Of a stretch of DNA of 64,000 nt, positions 37,153 to 43,785 are shown in pieces. Below the pieces are notes generated by a model. The model worked only from the letters and a program-made list of their open reading frames with translations, had not been told where the DNA came from and did not search any database. This DNA comes from Gammaproteobacteria bacterium (GTDB taxonomy: Bacteria > Pseudomonadota > Gammaproteobacteria > Acidiferrobacterales > SZUA-150). The DNA lies in NCBI GenBank assembly GCA_029880545.1, contig JAOUOD010000002.1:113827-177826 (forward strand), written 5' to 3'. The translations under genes and the position numbers were made by a program. The stretch's first letter is position 1, and every line of letters starts with the position of its first letter.

Positions 37153-37589
37153 TACTCGTGCCAGCCACTGAAGCGGGCATGAAAGTCTTCGGCAGAGCTT
37201 GCCAGCACCCGGTCAATCATCGGGTACAGCACCTGCTCTTCCTTGGCGTTGTGCTGCTGCATCAGGATCAGCAAGGTCTCGGATGTACCGAGCAGACCGT
37301 CACGGTCCCGCGCTTCCAGCAGTTGCTCAAGCTGTGCGAACAACTCCCGCATCTGCTCATGCTCGCTCCGCATTACCGAAATCGGACCCGCCGCCATGCT
37401 CATGGCCTTTTCCAGTGCCGGAAACAACACCTCTTCTTCCATTGCCAGGTGTTTTTGCATCAGGCGGACAAACCTGTCCAGCGTGTATTCCAGTCCTGGC
37501 CAATCCTGCTTTTCGGCAGCAGCCTCCACTGCCGCAAACACCTCATCACATTCCTTGTGATTCGCCGTCATCATGTCACTTGTATCCAT
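37152..37589 (-). CDS. hemerythrin-like (HHE cation-binding) domain protein
   Basis: H/E ligand pattern: HKECDEVF, HLAMEEEVLFP, MRSEHEQM and QHNAKEEQVLYP. The start is taken at MDTSDMM (37589), with AGAGGG upstream. Confidence 0.75.
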   Translation of the reverse strand: MDTSDMMTANHKECDEVFAAVEAAAEKQDWPGLEYTLDRFVRLMQKHLAMEEEVLFPALEKAMSMAAGPISVMRSEHEQMRELFAQLEQLLEARDRDGLLGTSETLLILMQQHNAKEEQVLYPMIDRVLASSAEDFHARFSGWHE

Positions 37590-37771
37590 AAACCCGGCCC
37601 TCTTTCCAAGCCCCGTTGACGATTTCCGCAAAATTCACAATAGATGTATATAGTATACTACTTTTATGCGGCATGTCTGTAGCGGGCAAGCCCCGGGGAC
37701 AAAATCCGGTGAATATACGGCTGCCTGGTCAGCGACTGCCGGCCAGGCTGGCGACCGGTTCACCGGCAGGG

Positions 37772-39703
37772 CTACCAGATATTCTCATCGCTGGCGTTCC
37801 AGGCTTCCGTGATTCCATCGGTGCTCCATTCCTTGAATATCGATTTTCGGGCGGCAGTCTTGTCCAGTCGCTCAAGACTGCGGCTGCTGATTCCCCGGCC
37901 GATGCGGGTCGCCGTATCCTGCAGCACAGCATCTGTTTCATTCACCTTTTGAAGATGCCCGACCGCCCAGCCGGTCCTGTCTGTTTCGATTACATGCGGC
38001 GTAATCATGACAACGGTTTCCGTGTTAATGCTGGTTTTTTCGTGTGCCGAGAACAGTCTTCCCAGCAACGGAATCCGGCCAAGAATCGGCACACCACTGC
38101 GACTTTCCGACAGCCGCATCTTCATCAGGCCGCCAATAAATACTGTCTTGCCATCAGGCACCAGCAGCTGCGTGGTAACTTCCGTGGTCGACTGCGAAGG
38201 AATGCCCTCGGATACACTGCCGGTACTGACTTCGGGATGGATATCCAGCATTACGCGCCCGTCTTCATCGACAGAAGGCTTGACCTTCAGTATGACACCC
38301 GATTCAAGAAACTGGACATTTTCGGTTGTAACCTGGTTTACCGTGGTCGTCACCTTGTAACCGATCCTGTCACCTATAATTACGGACGCCTCCTGGTTTT
38401 CAAGCGCCAGCAACTTGGGTGTCGACAATGTTCTCACGCGGCCATCCGAACTCAGTGCACTCAATGCCAGGTCCATCTTCGGCGTAACAAGATCAAGGAA
38501 AAATCCCGGCGATCCCGGCAACGACAACCCCTGGGCCCCGTAAGTCCGGACGCGATCCCCGGAATCAAACAGCCGCGTCCAGTCGACGCCAAAAGTCTCG
38601 GAGTCATCCAGGATCACTTCAAGTATCTTGGCCTCGATCAGAATCTGTTTGGGTTGCCTGTCGAGTTCCCTTATGAGTTTGCCGATACTCGCGAGGTATT
38701 CGGGAAGCTCTTCAATAACAAGAAGATTACGATCCTCAAGCGTGGTGATCTTTCCGTATCGCGACAGGTGGTTTTTCAGAATTGATTCAATGGATTTGGG
38801 CTTTGAATACTGCACCTTGAATGACTGCAGCTTCGTAACACCGCCATGGCCATTCTTCCCGGCATCTGAAGGATTGACTATAAAATAGCTGCCGCCCTTG
38901 CTTTCAACTGCATAGCCACCGACCCTGGCAATGGAGTGAATGGCCTGCTTGATGCCCACGTCATAAAGGTTAAGCGAAACCTTTCCGCTAACGTCCTTGG
39001 ACAGCAGGATATTTACCCGGTGCTTTCTGGACAACATTGCCATGACTTCAGACAACTCTACGTCGTTCAGGTTCAGCGTGACCCGGTCAGACGCTATCGA
39101 ATTCACACGCCTTGCCGGAATACTGTTTCCCGCGGCCACCTTTTTCCGTGAATCCTCGCGCAGCATGTCAACCAGGTCAGGCAGCGTAATGCCGCTGTCA
39201 TGCTGATCCGGCGTCAACACAAAAATATCAAATCGCCTGTTCTTTCTGCGACCGGATTCCATCCGGTTGTCAGCCACCGGGTAATCAGGACCAAGACCGG
39301 TTGCGACAACCTGGTCCGCGGACAGCGACAGTACCCGCCTGATATAATCCGCCACCTTGCGCGCCCTTGCCTGGGACAACACGTAGTTGTCGGTAAACTC
39401 GCTTCGGGCTGCCTGCGAAAGCGGGCTGTTATCGGTATGGGAAAAAACATATACGCGACCAACCGGTCGACTTCTGCGAAGCGTCAGCAGCCGGTCAAGA
39501 TCAACATAATCAGTATCAGACAATACGTTTAACCCGCGCGAGAACCCGGGTGAAAATACGATGATCTCCGAACGAATTCCGCCTTCCGGCTGATTGCTCG
39601 CGCCGTCAGGTTTTACGGGCTGTTCTGCCAGCGCAATGCCAGAAACTGCCTGCAACAGCAGTATCGCAACAAACACCAATACACTTTCCCTAGCGTTCAC
39701 CAT
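37772..39703 (-). CDS. secretin (PilQ/GspD/MshL family) with N-terminal OmpA-like peptidoglycan-binding domain
   Basis: It has a signal peptide. Residues ~45-163 are OmpA_C-like (VYVFSHTDNSP...NYVLSQARARKVADYI...GLGPDYPVADN...GRRKNRRFDIFV). An N0/N1-type region follows (LNLNDVELSEVMAMLSRKHRVNILLSKDVSGKVSLNLYDVGIKQAIHSIA). The secretin domain reads TPKLLALENQEASVIIGD...GVPILGRIPLLGRLF. Confidence 0.9.
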   Translation of the reverse strand: MVNARESVLVFVAILLLQAVSGIALAEQPVKPDGASNQPEGGIRSEIIVFSPGFSRGLNVLSDTDYVDLDRLLTLRRSRPVGRVYVFSHTDNSPLSQAARSEFTDNYVLSQARARKVADYIRRVLSLSADQVVATGLGPDYPVADNRMESGRRKNRRFDIFVLTPDQHDSGITLPDLVDMLREDSRKKVAAGNSIPARRVNSIASDRVTLNLNDVELSEVMAMLSRKHRVNILLSKDVSGKVSLNLYDVGIKQAIHSIARVGGYAVESKGGSYFIVNPSDAGKNGHGGVTKLQSFKVQYSKPKSIESILKNHLSRYGKITTLEDRNLLVIEELPEYLASIGKLIRELDRQPKQILIEAKILEVILDDSETFGVDWTRLFDSGDRVRTYGAQGLSLPGSPGFFLDLVTPKMDLALSALSSDGRVRTLSTPKLLALENQEASVIIGDRIGYKVTTTVNQVTTENVQFLESGVILKVKPSVDEDGRVMLDIHPEVSTGSVSEGIPSQSTTEVTTQLLVPDGKTVFIGGLMKMRLSESRSGVPILGRIPLLGRLFSAHEKTSINTETVVMITPHVIETDRTGWAVGHLQKVNETDAVLQDTATRIGRGISSRSLERLDKTAARKSIFKEWSTDGITEAWNASDENIW

Positions 39704-40025
39704 TTACTTTCACCCTGACTCGCACATCATTCTTTGAAAAAATTGCTTCGCCTTCTCCAACCCAATCCAGCCTGTACCCGCCGATCTCCTCACCAACAGT
39801 GACAATGGTGCCACCAACATTTGCCAGCCCGTTCTGCATTGATGCCAGTGTTGCCCGGAGATCAATGCCATGCGTACCGGAGCCGCTCCCCTGGCCAGCA
39901 GCCACGTCAACGCCGCTTGGTCGTATAAACGGGTTGTTCTTCAAGGGTTCCCGCCCAATATCATCTGCTGCTGCCGTAGGCAGCAGGATGCAAAACACAA
40001 TAATGGACTTGTGGATTGTCATCAT
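39690..40025 (-). CDS. small periplasmic PilP / GspC-HR-like assembly protein
   Basis: 111 aa with a signal peptide. The C-terminal beta-rich segment is GGTIVTVGEEIGGYRLDWVGEGEAIFSKNDVRVRVKV. Its position is between the PilO-like gene and the secretin, and it overlaps the secretin start by 14 nt. Confidence 0.5.
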   Translation of the reverse strand: MMTIHKSIIVFCILLPTAAADDIGREPLKNNPFIRPSGVDVAAGQGSGSGTHGIDLRATLASMQNGLANVGGTIVTVGEEIGGYRLDWVGEGEAIFSKNDVRVRVKVNGER

Positions 40026-40579
40026 ATGGCCTTGTATGAAACTATGGTCAACTTCAGTGAAAGTATGGGAACCTGGTCAACATAGCGAACCGGAAGAAAC
40101 TGGAACCGGTTGATTACGATAAACCCGATTTCGCTGTTCAGTTCCTGCAGCCATCGAACCAGGTTCATGTAGTCGCCGCGAATTTCTATATCAAACAGGA
40201 TCTCCCGGAAAACATGGACGGTGTTGCCGGCCTTCGGTTTGATACCGGCCAGTTCGACTTCATTACGCCACGAAATCTTCTGGAGCCGCTCTATGATGTA
40301 CGCTTCCATTTTCTCCATGGACAGGTGTGCCATGTCGCCATGCAGCGTCTTGCCCAGGCTGTTAACTTCGGCGGTCATCTCTGCCAGCTGGCCTGGCAGT
40401 TCCCTGCCATCTTCAACAACAAGCACAAGATTGCTTCGTACTTTCTTTGTCCCCTGGTACTCCTTGATACGCGGATAGACAATATAGACAAATGACAATG
40501 TCACAATAAGCAACAGTAACAGGCCAAATGCCAGCCTGGCCTGTCTCGGGTCAGAAATTGCGGAGTCAATCATGTTCAT
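40022..40579 (-). CDS. PilO / GspM-like bitopic inner-membrane assembly protein
   Basis: 185 aa with a single TM (LAFGLLLLLIVTLSFVYIV), then a coiled-coil and a ferredoxin-like C-terminal part (FDIEIRGDYMNLVRWLQELNS). It has ATGA overlaps on both sides. Confidence 0.68.
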   Translation of the reverse strand: MNMIDSAISDPRQARLAFGLLLLLIVTLSFVYIVYPRIKEYQGTKKVRSNLVLVVEDGRELPGQLAEMTAEVNSLGKTLHGDMAHLSMEKMEAYIIERLQKISWRNEVELAGIKPKAGNTVHVFREILFDIEIRGDYMNLVRWLQELNSEIGFIVINRFQFLPVRYVDQVPILSLKLTIVSYKAI

Positions 40580-41226
40580 GACTTGTCCTGCCCGACAACG
40601 ACTGCGAGATCGAAATCCACAACCGCCATGCTCCTGAACTTCCTTTGCTCGGTTCGGACTATGCGCACTTCACTGATCGCCTGCTGGTCAATCAGGCGCC
40701 GGACAAACTCCGATAGCGCGGCATGATCACGCGCCTGGCCTCTTATGGTCATATGACTGTTAATCAGCCAGCCTTCCTGGCTTGCCTGGTTGCCCTGCTT
40801 CGGAATGACAACGAAATAGCCGGTATTCACCGCTTTTTCATTTTCCTTTACAGCTTCCCCGGATCGCTGGAATTCCCATTGATCAAACCAGACATCGTTA
40901 CCCTGCAACGCCTTGTCAACGGATACGAGCATGTGCGCGGCTTCGGTTCCGCCACGCAACCCCTTCAGCAAATCCAGCTGCTGCTGATAGTCATCCCGTT
41001 TTTGCTGCAGATCATTCAATTCTGTTCTTTGTTGCGCAGTGATCGCCTGCTTTCTTTGCAGATCCTTGATGTCGCGCTTCAAACCGGAAATCTGGTAGCT
41101 GATTCCCGCATGCGCTGCGAACTCGACCAGCGCCAGTATCGAGACAGACATGCCAAGCAGGCGCAGCCATTTGATTCGATCAAGTCGCTGCCGGTACTCG
41201 ACCGGGATCAGGTCAATACTAGCCAT
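40576..41226 (-). CDS. PilN-like fimbrial assembly protein
   Basis: MASIDLIPVEYRQR... is the conserved IDLIP/INLLP N-terminus. It is followed by a single TM and then a coiled-coil. Confidence 0.75.
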   Translation of the reverse strand: MASIDLIPVEYRQRLDRIKWLRLLGMSVSILALVEFAAHAGISYQISGLKRDIKDLQRKQAITAQQRTELNDLQQKRDDYQQQLDLLKGLRGGTEAAHMLVSVDKALQGNDVWFDQWEFQRSGEAVKENEKAVNTGYFVVIPKQGNQASQEGWLINSHMTIRGQARDHAALSEFVRRLIDQQAISEVRIVRTEQRKFRSMAVVDFDLAVVVGQDKS

Positions 41227-42355
41227 GTTGATCCAGCCCTCTCAGGGCAAGGCCGGTAGCAATAGCCATATCGGTATTCGAACCGACGCTGCCGCCTGAA
41301 CAGGGGCCATTCTCGTTTGTCAGTGTCCGCAGCGGGTCGGGTATTGTGATGGCGATGTTGGCCATTCTTCCAAGCAGCCTGTCTACACCGGGCCACCTGG
41401 AAATTACCCCAAGCAGGTATATCCGGTTAGCTGACTTTCCGTGCGTCTGGGCGGCGGCATAAATCAGCGACCGGTTAACTTCGTCAACCAGTTTCATGAA
41501 CCCCGGCTTGACGATTTCGCGAATACCCTCGGCAATATCAGGGCGGCTGACCAGACCGTCTTTTTCCGGGTCTTCGTCCGCGAACAGGCCATTCTTGATT
41601 ATCAGGTCACGCGCCTCTTCCTGGCCCATATCCAGCATCTCGCTCAATTCGAAAAGCAGGTCTGCCTCGCCAAAGTTGACCTTGTGATCAAACAGAACCC
41701 GATCGCCGGAAATCATGGTCATGAAGCTGATCTGGTAACCCGTGCTCACAACCAGGATATTGCTCCCGGGGTCTTCGCCGGAAATAATGGTTATCAGGCG
41801 ATTTATAGCTGATGGCGCCACTTCCATAGCGGTAATACTCAACCCGGAGTGACGCAGACGCTCAAGAAACGCTATGACATCGGATTTCCTGGCGAAGGCA
41901 ACCATCGCCAGCCTGTCATCATCCGCACCGCCTGACCTGATTGGCAGGTAATCAATAACGTACTCGTCCAGGCTTCCATCTATCCGGTTTCGCATTATCT
42001 TGATGATCGCGTCTTCGTCCGCCTGGTCCTTGCCCAGCTGGTACGTTACCGGAACAATTCTGGCCATTCCCGGAAGTGCTGCAACAACGGCACTGGAGCC
42101 GGAAAATCCGTTTTGCTTCATCAACCGGCGCAAGGTAGCTTTCATTTCTCCCGGCTCAGACAGGAATGCATCCCGCTTCGTCGGATAGTCGGCGGACGCG
42201 CAACCGACCAGGTATTTTTCACCATTGGCACGCATTCCGATTTGCACCATATGTATTTTTTCCATCGAGAACTCGATGCCTATGGGTCCGAGCACTGAAC
42301 GACGGGAAACAAAACGATCGTACCTGGCAATTTTTTGCAGCAATTGGGACATCAT
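41219..42355 (-). CDS. PilM-like actin-fold cytoplasmic assembly ATPase-like protein
   Basis: 378 aa. Elements include GIEFSMEKIHMVQI..., LPGMARIVPVTY..., MVAFARKSDVIAFLERLRHSGLSITAMEVAPSAINRL, and VVSTGYQISFMTMISGDRVLFDHKVNFGEADL.... It overlaps the pilN-like start by 8 nt. Confidence 0.8.
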   Translation of the reverse strand: MMSQLLQKIARYDRFVSRRSVLGPIGIEFSMEKIHMVQIGMRANGEKYLVGCASADYPTKRDAFLSEPGEMKATLRRLMKQNGFSGSSAVVAALPGMARIVPVTYQLGKDQADEDAIIKIMRNRIDGSLDEYVIDYLPIRSGGADDDRLAMVAFARKSDVIAFLERLRHSGLSITAMEVAPSAINRLITIISGEDPGSNILVVSTGYQISFMTMISGDRVLFDHKVNFGEADLLFELSEMLDMGQEEARDLIIKNGLFADEDPEKDGLVSRPDIAEGIREIVKPGFMKLVDEVNRSLIYAAAQTHGKSANRIYLLGVISRWPGVDRLLGRMANIAITIPDPLRTLTNENGPCSGGSVGSNTDMAIATGLALRGLDQHG

Positions 42356-43521
42356 ACGTAATGCCGCTCTGCGTCGTTGTATATCTCGTGCACAATGACG
42401 CTGTTCGATTCGGTTTCGGCCTTGCTTTGTCTTTTGGCCCTGTACAGAACTTCATCAGCCTTCTTGAACAGGTGAGTCAAGGCAATCATGCGCCCGTCGA
42501 CAACGCTGGCCATGCCAATACTTATATTGATGTCTACAACATTACCGAGATGATTCGACTTTGTGCCGGCCAGAACTTCGACTGCATTCTCCAGCATCTG
42601 CTTTGGCTCCAGTCCTGGGAACAATAATGCGAATTCGTCTCCGCCCAGCCTGATCATGTGAGTGCTGTCTCTTATGCCCTGTTTTACCGCGCCGACCACC
42701 TTTCTCAGCGCCAGGTCACCGTAATCGTGCCCGTAGGTATCATTGATTTCCTTGAAATTATTTACATCGATAATGGCAAAATGGTAATGCATCGACCTGC
42801 GTATATAGTCTTCCACTATCATTTCATAATTGGTTTCCAGGAACCGGCGATTCCATGTCCCCGTCAGCGGATCTGTATAGGAAAGCAGTTCAAGCTCACG
42901 GTGCGCGTTTTCCAGGTTGTAACGGGTAATAATGTCATCCTTTCTGATACCGACATTCCGGGCAACAACGGTCAACGTCGTCAGCCCCGAACCTAGCATC
43001 AAAAACTGGAGGATCCACACGGTCTGAATGTCAAACCGGCCCTTTACACTCAACGTGGAAATCGTGAATACAACGTATACCAGCGTCACTACGATTGACG
43101 CCTCGCGAAGACCCCAGGGCACGAGCGGCACAACCATGAACAGCAACACTGCGCTCGACAACAACGCGGCACTGAACACACCGGTCTTGTGTGCAAGCAA
43201 GACAAACGCGGTTCCGGCGATAATCAGCAGCGCCATGCCAAGCAGGTACAGTATTTGTGTATCCTTGATAACCCGGGAAGAAACGGCAACATGCAGGGAC
43301 AGAAGTGTCAGCATGGAAAACGTATAGACGTAGGCGGTACCAAAGCCGAGCATGGCATACAGCGTGGTGGCAGCCCCGAGTAACAGCACAGACACCACCC
43401 CGAGAACCATGATCCCCTTGCGAACTTCCTCGCGAATAAACGATTCCGCGTAGTCAGTCAGCTCACCTTTTCGGAATTGAGTAACCGACCAAAGCTTGGT
43501 TAGTAGCCTGAATGCATCCAC
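42352..43521 (-). CDS. membrane-anchored diguanylate cyclase (GGDEF)
   Basis: About 190 aa of TM helices are followed by YTDPLTGTWNRRFL...IDVNNFKEINDTYGHDYGDLALR...IRLGGDEFALLF. The stop overlaps the pilM-like ATG (ATGA, 42352-42355). Confidence 0.88.
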   Translation of the reverse strand: MDAFRLLTKLWSVTQFRKGELTDYAESFIREEVRKGIMVLGVVSVLLLGAATTLYAMLGFGTAYVYTFSMLTLLSLHVAVSSRVIKDTQILYLLGMALLIIAGTAFVLLAHKTGVFSAALLSSAVLLFMVVPLVPWGLREASIVVTLVYVVFTISTLSVKGRFDIQTVWILQFLMLGSGLTTLTVVARNVGIRKDDIITRYNLENAHRELELLSYTDPLTGTWNRRFLETNYEMIVEDYIRRSMHYHFAIIDVNNFKEINDTYGHDYGDLALRKVVGAVKQGIRDSTHMIRLGGDEFALLFPGLEPKQMLENAVEVLAGTKSNHLGNVVDINISIGMASVVDGRMIALTHLFKKADEVLYRAKRQSKAETESNSVIVHEIYNDAERHYV

Positions 43522-43785
43522 TGCGTAACGCCTTATTTCCTGCTTTATATTTGATGGAATAACCGGTGCTGTATTGCCTGTTTCTATGTCGGCTGAAATA
43601 CATGATTCTTGAGGTATCCCGCGACAGCATTCGGCATGTGCTCATGGCCTCACTGATGTACGCAAAGCGGTGATTTTCGGGGAATTAATCCTGATACGTG
43701 AGCGATCTCCACGATGACGATGACATCAGTCGATCAATTATGATTACACTAAAATTCACCTGTATCGCCCATAGCGATAAAAAAA

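Noticed and set aside
37616-38785. 389-aa plus-strand ORF overlapping the secretin gene.
   Set aside because: It is antisense to a protein with clear OmpA and secretin motifs. The translation is Arg/Pro/Gly-rich without domain features or an RBS.
43522-43785. Search for a c-di-GMP riboswitch (GEMM-I/II) in the non-coding gaps of the filament locus (43522-43785 and 49555-49817).
   Set aside because: I could not find the conserved GEMM core segments or a convincing paired structure by eye. A covariance-model scan (Infernal/Rfam) would be needed for certainty.
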